DNA of 64,000 bases from Felis catus. Its lineage: Eukaryota. Below the pieces are notes generated by a model. The model worked only from the letters and a program-made list of their open reading frames with translations, searched no databases and was not told the DNA's origin. Below, piece after piece: positions 63,954 to 64,000 of the stretch. Each line of letters begins with the position of its first letter. Position 1 is the first letter of the stretch. The position numbers were made by a program, and so were the translations under genes. The DNA lies in NCBI RefSeq assembly GCF_018350175.1, contig NC_058368.1, positions 17,672,001 through 17,736,000 on the forward strand, written 5' to 3'.

Positions 63954-64000
63954 GAGGGCCACCTGGGTGGCTCAGTCATTTGAGCGTCTGACTTTTGATT
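63954..64000 (+). mobile_element. SINEC head cut by the window end
   Basis: gagggccacctgggtggctcagtc... Confidence 0.85.

Overview
Mammalian genomic DNA, almost certainly felid (cat-family), judged from about 29 tRNA-derived carnivore SINEs of the SINEC_Fc type. I recognise no intact host protein-coding exon, RNA gene or CRISPR array. The window reads as intergenic DNA or a very long intron dominated by transposable elements. These include a full-length but inactivated L1 (~22090-29498, with CpG-rich 5'UTR, disrupted ORF1/ORF2 and a nested SINE), several older L1 fossils, ERV/MaLR solo LTRs, MIR/L2/CR1(L3) relics and a MER58-type hAT element. There is also a 5'-truncated processed retrocopy that I recognise from memory as the EIF4G2 3'UTR (51933-52536, minus). 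The most interesting non-repeat signals are on the minus strand: a recursive-splice-site-like motif (branch point, pyrimidine tract, then TAG|GTAAGT at ~56335) in a CpG-retaining unique region with two full CRE palindromes, and a few well-formed candidate exons that could belong to an unannotated spliced transcript. These are hypotheses, and I cannot show a new biological system from sequence alone. Repeat subfamily names and the boundaries of old repeats are by eye and approximate.
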